The notes under the pieces: generated by a model
The model's input: only the letters and a program-made list of their open reading frames with translations
Told to the model about the DNA's origin: nothing
Databases searched by the model: none
In this document: piece by piece, positions 1 through 6,497 of the stretch
How positions within the stretch are numbered: the stretch's first letter is position 1
Layout: each line of letters opens with the position of its first letter
Position numbers and translations under genes: made by a program
Origin: a virus
Lineage: Duplodnaviria > Caudoviricetes
IMG/VR virus record: IMGVR_UViG_3300037313_000254
Coordinates: 1 to 38,448 of that record
Strand: one strand, 5' to 3'
DNA: 38,448 nt

Positions 1-335
1 CCTGAAGTTTCGTAAACGCCGCCCGCGATCGTCACGGCAGTGTTAGCGGATGCAAGCGCCTGCAAAGTCATTCCCGCTTCAAGTTGCAGGCCGATCGCCT
101 GAGGCGGTACATACGTTTGGCCGGCCGAAAGAGAGAAGGCCGACATGATCGTGTTGGAGGCACCAGCTGATCCTGCTGACGGAACCCGGTAGAGCGTCAC
201 CGTCACTGGACTTCCCGACGTGTTCGTGAATGACAGGTTATTAACCGTCGAAGTCGTACCCGTTGGCGCTGTGTAATAGGTCGCCGCAGAGGTGGTCAGT
301 TGAGCCGCTATGATGGCTTTCGGGATGCGCTGCAT
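1..335 (-). CDS. Small Thr/Ser-rich beta-sandwich virion protein (113 aa when completed across the junction; stop TGA at 38311-38309)
   Basis: Missing from the ORF track because it runs off the end. ATG at 335 directly after the upstream stop. Reads MQRIPKAIIAAQLTTSAATYYTAPTGTTSTVNNLSFTN...LEAGMTLQALASANTAVTIAGGVYETSG(S*). Confidence 0.85.
   Translation of the reverse strand, partial: MQRIPKAIIAAQLTTSAATYYTAPTGTTSTVNNLSFTNTSGSPVTVTLYRVPSAGSAGASNTIMSAFSLSAGQTYVPPQAIGLQLEAGMTLQALASANTAVTIAGGVYETS
13..133 (+). repeat. Terminal overlap, copy 1 (121 bp, identical to 38328-38448)
   Basis: Base-by-base match TAAACGCCGCCC...GGCCGAAAGAG. Positions 1-12 do not match 38316-38327. Confidence 0.97.
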
Positions 336-875
336 TTATCGAATTCCTTTCACGTAGACCTTGCTCACACCGACCGGGATCGCACTTGTGAACGTTAGCG
401 TCGTGCCAGAAAGCAAATATTGGTCATCGCCTTGGAAGGCAGCGTCGAAGAAAACCCACAACTGCGCGGCATTGGCAAATGTGTTGCTGAGCGTCAGCGA
501 TGTCGTGACGCCAGGAGTAAAGTCCGAGCCGCTCGAAAACGTCTGATCAGCGATGCTGATGCCACCCGTCGATGACGAAGCGCCTATCGGCGCGAAGATC
601 ATTTCAAGTAGCGCGGCTTGCTGTGATCCAGACGCAAGCGTCGTTGCGTTCGGCTCAACATTCGGCGCATTGACAGACGTTGCAAAACTTTCTTCAAGTG
701 CCAGTACATCAGAAATCGTCAGAGACGTCGGTGTCGTGCCGCTGCTGCCTCCCGTACGGCGCCATAACTGAATCAGGAACAGGAACCATGCTTCCGTGAC
801 ATTGCCTGTCTTCGGATCGGTAAATGGCACATTGACCAGCGGCACATCGGTCTGGATAGTCGTCGCCATGGTCAT
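336..875 (-). CDS. Tail protein in the P22 gp26 position, with a C-terminal adaptor-like domain also found in the tailspike
   Basis: ATG at 875 overlaps the nozzle stop (ATGA); alternative ATG at 869. N-terminal P-F-T-D-P-K-T-G...W-F-L-F-L motif. C-terminal DFTPG...FFD..FQ.DD...LSGTTLTF...IPVGVS domain. Confidence 0.75.
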   Translation of the reverse strand: MTMATTIQTDVPLVNVPFTDPKTGNVTEAWFLFLIQLWRRTGGSSGTTPTSLTISDVLALEESFATSVNAPNVEPNATTLASGSQQAALLEMIFAPIGASSSTGGISIADQTFSSGSDFTPGVTTSLTLSNTFANAAQLWVFFDAAFQGDDQYLLSGTTLTFTSAIPVGVSKVYVKGIR

Positions 876-2287
876 TGATTGTTCGATTCGGCCTGGACCC
901 ACGCTCCCATGAGCGCTGTCTTGACCGGTGCAGACCACGAAAGCTCAAAGACGCGATCGCGCGCCATGCCGAGCCGCTGAAACTGCAATGACGTCAGGTA
1001 TTCCCCTTCCTTACCAAGACTGGTCTTGACTGCATTACCCCACGACTTCCCGCGCGTATCGCTCCAGCGCAGAAATACCCACACCGGACCATTATTTGAT
1101 CCGTTCCCGACTTCCATATTGGCGATGAATTCTCGGTACCTGATTCGGTCGCTGTTGTCGTCGACGCTATGCATGAACGATCGTATGCGCGGGATAGGGT
1201 TGCCGTTATCCGTGAGGTTGTTCACGTCCCATAGATACAGGTTCCCGTTTTCCCAATCCCCGACCACAGGCTGGCCGTATGCCGATGCGTAGCAATTCGC
1301 GCGGTGGCGGTGCAGGTTTCCGTTATCGTCGATCCAGTTCAGTTCGTTCCACTGCTGCGTCGACAAGTCGTACTGCCAGGTCTTGTCTGCTGTCGGGAAC
1401 GTGATCACATAGAAAAAATGACCTTCCAGCTGGTACGTGAAGCCGATAGCGTCGTCGACGCGTTCATACGTAGCGATCTCACTGTCCAGCGCAAACGTGG
1501 AAATCTGGGAGGCATTGAACTGCTGGCTTCGATTGATGTAGCACGTCCCCTGCTGCGACTGAGCCAACCAATAGATTTCCCCGTCCATCTGCGCAATTGA
1601 TCCGGCGGCAGCGCAGCCGTGCTGTATAAACACGCCAGGCAAACGCTCAAATGGAAACGTCGTGTCGCCCGCGTTGAACCAGACTTCGGTCGTCTCGGCA
1701 CCAAGCAGGTACACATAACGCTTCGTCACGCCGACGCCTATCAACTTGTCAGAGAAGCCTGATTTAGACGCAAAATCCGTCGCATCAAAGGAAATCTCGT
1801 CATTCAGCGATATGTACCATTCGCGCGTGCCGGGCGAATTGAGCACAAGAAACCCATCGACGAAGTTGACCGTGTTGCCGCCTACAAAAGCTGCATCAGC
1901 GAGAAGCGCAAAAGTATCGTCTGCCAGCTTGATCGTATATCCGCTCGTTGACCCATCGACGATTACTGCATACGTTGCGTTGTCGACGATATCTACAGGA
2001 CCTGTTCCAGTGCCAATCGAGCCGAGCAGCTTGAGCGTGAAATCGGAGTTGATGCGATAGACGGACGACCCGCAGACGCCATATGTGATGCCGTTGGAAG
2101 CTGCGTACAGGCCTCGCCACCCGCTATCCGTCGCTGTCGTCTTGAGGGTCAGCCCGGGCGTCAGATAGTAAGTAAATGGAAACGGGGAATCCTTCGGGTT
2201 CTGCTCCCCGTAGAGATTCACGCATCGCTGTGCTTCCGCGACGAGACTCTTGGCCGAATAAGCCCCCGTCGTCAGCGGCACCTTCAC
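872..2287 (-). CDS. Tail hub / nozzle (P22 gp10-like DNA stabilisation protein)
   Basis: About 471 aa, beta-propeller-like. Motifs TTEVWFNAG...FPFER, TWQYDLSTQQW and LRWSD.RG.SWGN...LGMARDRVFEL. GTG at 2287 overlaps the HNH stop and has a GGAG SD. Confidence 0.88.
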   Translation of the reverse strand: MKVPLTTGAYSAKSLVAEAQRCVNLYGEQNPKDSPFPFTYYLTPGLTLKTTATDSGWRGLYAASNGITYGVCGSSVYRINSDFTLKLLGSIGTGTGPVDIVDNATYAVIVDGSTSGYTIKLADDTFALLADAAFVGGNTVNFVDGFLVLNSPGTREWYISLNDEISFDATDFASKSGFSDKLIGVGVTKRYVYLLGAETTEVWFNAGDTTFPFERLPGVFIQHGCAAAGSIAQMDGEIYWLAQSQQGTCYINRSQQFNASQISTFALDSEIATYERVDDAIGFTYQLEGHFFYVITFPTADKTWQYDLSTQQWNELNWIDDNGNLHRHRANCYASAYGQPVVGDWENGNLYLWDVNNLTDNGNPIPRIRSFMHSVDDNSDRIRYREFIANMEVGNGSNNGPVWVFLRWSDTRGKSWGNAVKTSLGKEGEYLTSLQFQRLGMARDRVFELSWSAPVKTALMGAWVQAESNNQ

Positions 2288-2784
2288 GGCGAACTCCACT
2301 CAGAGCGCGGCCGGCGATTGCGGATCTGCTCTGAACGCGTCGCCCAACGGCAGTTCGACTTCGAATATCCGAGAGAATTATCGACACGATCAAGCGTTAG
2401 TCCTTCCTGCCACGAAGGAGCCATATCTGCTTCAAACGTGGAGAAATCCCGCCATTCGGCGCACACAGTTATCCCACGCCCACCGTAGTTACGGTATGCG
2501 TTGTTATTAGGATTCGTGCACCGCTGGATCATTTGCCCCCAAACCCTATAAAGACGCGAACCATACTTCCCATGTTTCGCTTTCGACCGAAGGAAAGCGG
2601 CCTTCCAATGACCGCATCCACCCGATTTACCGTTCTTGAGACTCGTGCTAATTACTGCCTTTTCATTCCCGCATGCACACCGGCAAAGCCAGCACGTAAA
2701 GGCGCCATGCTTGTGTGAAAACCCCAATACGGTCCAATCACCAAACTTCTTTCCAGTCAAATCTTCTCTATAAGGCTTGTTCAT
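2284..2784 (-). CDS. Free-standing HNH homing endonuclease
   Basis: DLTGKKFG.WTV...WLCRCACG N-terminus, YGGRGITVC.EW..F and LTLDRVDN..GY...NCRWAT..EQ..N HNH core. SD GGAGGTGA before ATG at 2784. Confidence 0.9.
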   Translation of the reverse strand: MNKPYREDLTGKKFGDWTVLGFSHKHGAFTCWLCRCACGNEKAVISTSLKNGKSGGCGHWKAAFLRSKAKHGKYGSRLYRVWGQMIQRCTNPNNNAYRNYGGRGITVCAEWRDFSTFEADMAPSWQEGLTLDRVDNSLGYSKSNCRWATRSEQIRNRRPRSEWSSP

Positions 2785-2829
2785 TTCACCTCCGGCTAAC
2801 ATAGAAATCACGATAAGCCGGAAGTAAAA
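2785..2829 (-). promoter_or_regulatory. RBS-sequestering hairpin of the HNH gene; the 5' arm is late motif copy 3 (2814-2828)
   Basis: Minus-strand UUUUACUUCCGGCU pairs with AGCCGGAGGUGAAA (14 bp, two G-U) and covers the SD up to the AUG. Confidence 0.75.
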
Positions 2830-2853
2830 TATGTAAATTACGTCATGCTGAAT

Positions 2854-3603
2854 TTACGGCCCACTCGACCCGAGGTACATATCCCCGTAAACGTTATAGG
2901 CGGCCGCCCTGTTCCCTCTCAAAGCGGCAGGCATCTGGAGAAGCGGAATCTGCGCATTCACCTCTTCGATGATGCGCATGGACGCCTCAGCTTTACCCTG
3001 CACGACCGGATTCACCGGCAAGCCGTAGAAAGGATAAAGCTCAAGCGTCAGGTTCCACATCAACGCAGCCGCATATTCGGGCGGAAGCGCGATCTGGTCA
3101 TTGATCGTCTGGAACTGCTGCAACTGCTGCATGACCGTGATGTCTATCTCGTACTGCGTGTTCGGGATCGGCCACACGAACAGATTCGCCATCGGATAGC
3201 CTGCGTCGTAGTAGGCATACCGTGGGAAAGCGTTCAGATCCTTGATCGAGATACGGTCGTAGTCCTCGCGCGCCTTCAGGATTTCGAGCGGATAGCTAAC
3301 CGGAAGCGGCGTGCTGGCGTTCTGGCGGAAGTAGGCGAATTCGAGCTTAGAGGGCCGTGCGACGTTGAAGTCGCCGCCCGGCCCCACCGTATAGGAAATT
3401 GCGCCCGTGGCCTGCTTTGATACCGTGATGAGTTGATAAACCATGTAACGACGGCGCTGCCATTGCGCCATCATCATATTCATCAGGTTGAAAGCATCAT
3501 TCATATCCTCCGCAGACGCGACCTGCCCCACGCCTACGACGTTGGCCGTCTTCAGCGCGAGATTGATGATGTCAGATGGCGTCTGCGGAGTCGGGACGGT
3601 CAT
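2854..3603 (-). CDS. Head-to-tail adaptor (P22 gp4-like)
   Basis: DIINLALK..NVVG.G...AEDMNDAF..MN.MM..W and LPPEYAAALMWNL.LEL.P.YG motifs. Lies between coat and nozzle. Confidence 0.82.
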   Translation of the reverse strand: MTVPTPQTPSDIINLALKTANVVGVGQVASAEDMNDAFNLMNMMMAQWQRRRYMVYQLITVSKQATGAISYTVGPGGDFNVARPSKLEFAYFRQNASTPLPVSYPLEILKAREDYDRISIKDLNAFPRYAYYDAGYPMANLFVWPIPNTQYEIDITVMQQLQQFQTINDQIALPPEYAAALMWNLTLELYPFYGLPVNPVVQGKAEASMRIIEEVNAQIPLLQMPAALRGNRAAAYNVYGDMYLGSSGP

Positions 3604-3604
3604 T

Positions 3605-4024
3605 TTAATGATTCGTCCAGTTGAACGTTCCGTTGCTGTTCGTGCACATCACCTGCACAGCCAGCGTGCCACCACCCGTCGCCGTTGCCGCATACACAGG
3701 GCTTGCAGCGCCATCCGTCTCTACTGCGATGAGGCCGGAACTCGACGCATTGCACGTCGGAAGCGTGGCATTCGTGAACTTCGCGGGCTGCATCTGGACC
3801 GAGTCCGAACGCTGCGTGCTCATTGACGTGGCGCAATACGGCAACGTCGAACCGACCGAGACGCCCGAGCCGTTGTAATACGTCGTGCCTTGCAGGAAAA
3901 ACGATCCGCACTGGTTGGTGATGGTCTGGAAGCCGTTGCTCGGGTTGAACTGCGCCTGAGCGGGCGAAATCAGCGCTGCGAACATGCCAACGCTGGCAAT
4001 GACTGCGAGAAGAACCTTTTTCAC
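3605..4024 (-). CDS. Signal-peptide-bearing, Cys-containing head spike/fibre-like protein (139 aa)
   Basis: GTG at 4024 overlaps the upstream TGA and has a CAGGAG SD. MKKVLLAVIASVGMFAALISPAQA|Q is a typical Sec/SPI signal. C-terminus LPTCNASSSGLIAVETDG...V.V.C..NG..NW. Confidence 0.7.
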   Translation of the reverse strand: MKKVLLAVIASVGMFAALISPAQAQFNPSNGFQTITNQCGSFFLQGTTYYNGSGVSVGSTLPYCATSMSTQRSDSVQMQPAKFTNATLPTCNASSSGLIAVETDGAASPVYAATATGGGTLAVQVMCTNSNGTFNWTNH

Positions 4025-4290
4025 GATTTGCACTCCTGTTCGGAAATCATCTGTTTGAGTTTCTCGACGCCTGTCTTGTGATGCGGATTCAGTCCGAGAG
4101 CTTTCGCCTGATCCATCAACGCGTCCCGCAGTTGATCGACGCTCTGTGAGTCGGCCGATTCCTGGCCGATTGCTGCGTCTTCCTCTTCCCGGCTGTTGAC
4201 CACCAGACCGGAACCGTCTGCCAGCGTGACCCACTTCGGGTACTCCACGAAGACATACGGAGCGGTGAAATTGCGCATGTTCGGGTACAT
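4021..4290 (-). CDS. Hypothetical head-module protein (EYPKWV motif, short helical C-terminal domain)
   Basis: GGGAG SD, follows the coat terminator, translationally coupled to the next gene. Confidence 0.75.
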   Translation of the reverse strand: MYPNMRNFTAPYVFVEYPKWVTLADGSGLVVNSREEEDAAIGQESADSQSVDQLRDALMDQAKALGLNPHHKTGVEKLKQMISEQECKS

Positions 4291-4301
4291 CGAAAACTCC
4301 C

Positions 4302-4328
4302 AAAAAGGAGCCGGGAATCTCCCGGCCC
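4302..4328 (-). terminator. Rho-independent terminator after the coat gene
   Basis: GGGCCGGGA-GAT-TCCCGGCTC followed by CTTTTT on the minus strand. Confidence 0.8.
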
Positions 4329-4352
4329 AAGCACCACCCGGAGGAGACCCGG

Positions 4353-5558
4353 TTAGAGAACGTCAGCGACTGCAACGGCCCATTCCGGACGAATGGCCGC
4401 GAAGCCATACAGCACGTCCAGACGGGTGATCAGGTTGTCGCTCATCACGTCATACGCGGTGATCATCCGCATTGCGCAGCCGTCGAACTCCGCGCGCGCA
4501 GCCTCCACCACGCCACTCGTCGGCATTTCCATGTCGGCGGTCGCGAGCGTGAAGGCTTCGGGGTAGAACGCGAGGTTCTGGCGGTACTTCGTGCTTGCGG
4601 GGAGAACCAGCGCGATCGCTGCGCCGTTGGCGGGCGATGCTGTGACCGTGTTGAATGCGGCCGGCGCCGGAACGATTGCCGGGTAAATCGGGATCGACGT
4701 CGCACCGTTGGCGACGTTTGCCGTCACCACGAACTGACGCAACTGGCCCTGATCCTGACCCGTCAGGCGGTTGATACCGTTCACGCCAGCGATGGTGATG
4801 ATGTCGCCCGCGTTGAACGTGCCGGTGATGGCGTTGACCGTCAGCGTGTTGCCCGTCTGGTTCGCGCCGTTGACCGTACCACCCGCCGAGAACGTACCGT
4901 TCGTGTGGATCTGCACCGTCTGATCGCGATACCAGTCGAAGCCGAGCGTATCGGTCGTGATCATGCCCGTCTCGTACTGATCCGCGATCTTGCGTTGCGG
5001 ATTGAACAGACCGGCCAGCGACGTGACCGTGCGCGCTTCGGTCAACAGGTCGAGGATGATCGTGCGGTCCATGCCCGGCGCAAGGTTGAAGCCGAGCTTC
5101 GCGCCCGCATCCAGCCACGTACCAGCGTCCGGCGAGATCAGGTTGCCGCCGCCGTCCTGCTTGAATGACAGATTCGACGCAGCATTCGACACGCTGATCA
5201 GGTCGCCGGCCATCGATGCGGCCAGACGGTTGATCGCAGGAGCGAGAATGCGCTCGCTGTAGTCGTCGAGCGACATCGTCTTTTCAGCCGTGCCGAAGGC
5301 GACAGGAACGTTCTTCTGCGTCGCGACGGTCAGCGTCGTGTTCTGCTCGTTCGTGCCCTGCGGCGTGATAGCCGGTCCGTTACCGACGATGTAATCGTTC
5401 GGCAGACGGATACGCAGCGTGTTACCAATCTTCGCGCCGGTGCGTGCGAATTGGTCGTCGTACTGGCGATTGACGCGGCGAAGGAAGGCGTTGGTCTGCG
5501 AGAACAGACGCACCGCCTCGTTGGTGATCTGATTGATCGTCAGCAATGAATTTGCAAT
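4353..5558 (-). CDS. Major capsid protein (P22 coat family), probable ATT start
   Basis: (M)ANSLLTINQITNEAVRLF...QYDDQFARTGAKIGNTLRIRLP N-terminus and RLDVLYGFAAIRPEWAV C-terminus. SD GAGGA lies 7 nt before ATT at 5558. Confidence 0.92.
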   Translation of the reverse strand: MANSLLTINQITNEAVRLFSQTNAFLRRVNRQYDDQFARTGAKIGNTLRIRLPNDYIVGNGPAITPQGTNEQNTTLTVATQKNVPVAFGTAEKTMSLDDYSERILAPAINRLAASMAGDLISVSNAASNLSFKQDGGGNLISPDAGTWLDAGAKLGFNLAPGMDRTIILDLLTEARTVTSLAGLFNPQRKIADQYETGMITTDTLGFDWYRDQTVQIHTNGTFSAGGTVNGANQTGNTLTVNAITGTFNAGDIITIAGVNGINRLTGQDQGQLRQFVVTANVANGATSIPIYPAIVPAPAAFNTVTASPANGAAIALVLPASTKYRQNLAFYPEAFTLATADMEMPTSGVVEAARAEFDGCAMRMITAYDVMSDNLITRLDVLYGFAAIRPEWAVAVADVL

Positions 5559-5762
5559 TTTGGGTTCCTCTCTGAGGTTAAGTGTCAGAAAAATCAACAC
5601 GCTTGCCGGGTACACAAGCGGGCCTAAGCCCTTAACCCCGAAACCCTCGCTAGCTGGCGATACAGATCAGATTGACGGCTCTGAATGGCCTATGGTCACG
5701 AAGGAAGCGCTTAAATTGCCCCTTTCGGTGAGCCAAAGGGTAAGCCGGAAGTAAATTCCGGC
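5559..5762 (-). ncRNA. Candidate structured cis-regulatory leader of the coat gene (four-way junction 5562-5646 plus upstream hairpins)
   Basis: Helices read by eye: GGGUUUC/GGAACCC, GGGGUUAA/UUAACCUC, GGGC/GCCC, GCUUG/CAAGC, GUGUUG/UGACAC. Also UCGC/GCGA, CCCUUU/AAAGGG and GCCGGAA/UUCCGGC. Confidence 0.65.
5741..5755 (-). promoter_or_regulatory. Late regulatory motif copy 2 (TTTACTTCCGGCTTA)
   Basis: Identical to 2814-2828 and one mismatch from 12017-12031. All three copies are intergenic and in the same orientation. Confidence 0.7.
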
Positions 5763-5777
5763 CACCTATTTCTGAGA

Positions 5778-6497
5778 TCAACGGCGACGCGCGTTCTTGT
5801 TACGCCACGCCAGCCACTTCTTGGTATCGCTCGGATCAGGCTCGGTGCTGTCTTCAGCGCCACTCCGCCCGTCGAGCGCATCGATCGGCGGCGGCGCCTT
5901 GCTGATCTGCTTGCTTAGAGACTTTGCGGCTTTCGGCGCGAGCTTCATCATTTCAATGGCCATCTGCGTCGGTTCGAGTGAAGCGATACGCATGGCCTCG
6001 TTGATGTTCTCGCTCTTGCCGAGGTACGTAACCAGCTTCTCTGCGCCATCAATTGAGGTGAGAACTTTCAGGAAGTCGAGTCCACCGATCCCAGCCATGT
6101 TCAGATTCTGCGTGGCCTTGTCGAAATCCTCGCCGAATTCCTTGGCACCCGCCTCGTTGATGGCCGTGATGCGCTGGTTCAGCGTGCTCTGCGCGGTCTC
6201 TTCGGCAACCATGCGCTTTGCGTATGCCTTCGCCAGCTCTTCCACGGACTGATTGGATTGCGGCGCTTGTTGCGGCTGCTGGCCTTCCGTCGGTTGCGGC
6301 TGTTGGCGTGCTCGCGCGAGTTCGGCCTCGAGTTCAGCGACACGCGCTTCTGCCGCGCGGCGGGCTGCGGTGATCTCACTGATGCGCTTCGGCACCCATG
6401 AGGTATCAGGCCGCTGCTCGGTCTGCTGCTGTTCTACCTGCTCCGTTTCGGTCTGTTGTTCGACCTGTTGCTGCTGTTCTGCCTGCACGTCGCTCAT
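5778..6497 (-). CDS. Capsid scaffolding protein
   Basis: Between portal and coat. Q/E-rich coiled coil (KRISEITAARRAAE), SKAPPPI motif, basic C-terminal helix W.AWRNK..RRR. Confidence 0.85.
   Translation of the reverse strand: MSDVQAEQQQQVEQQTETEQVEQQQTEQRPDTSWVPKRISEITAARRAAEARVAELEAELARARQQPQPTEGQQPQQAPQSNQSVEELAKAYAKRMVAEETAQSTLNQRITAINEAGAKEFGEDFDKATQNLNMAGIGGLDFLKVLTSIDGAEKLVTYLGKSENINEAMRIASLEPTQMAIEMMKLAPKAAKSLSKQISKAPPPIDALDGRSGAEDSTEPDPSDTKKWLAWRNKNARRR

Noticed and set aside
13-133. 121-bp end repeat as a physical direct terminal repeat of the virion DNA
   Set aside because: It falls inside a tail gene far from terS, and it ends at an allele bubble. It is better explained as an assembler overlap of a circular or permuted genome.
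3605-4408. Longest-ORF starts in the track (4408; likewise 938, 2299, 18489, 21813, 28931, 36585)
   Set aside because: They overlap neighbouring real genes. Downstream starts with an SD or stop-start coupling fit better.
4450-5118. Long alternative-frame and antisense ORFs over coat, portal, terL, primase, helicase and ejection genes (e.g. 14811-15656, 34348-35076, 35455-36222)
   Set aside because: Arg/Pro-rich shadow ORFs expected in GC-rich coding DNA, with no SD or recognisable motifs.
5559-5615. ORF-track N-terminal extension of the coat protein from GTG at 5615
   Set aside because: No well-spaced SD, lies inside the predicted RNA structure, and adds residues before the family-typical ANSLLT start. 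Kept only as an alternative.
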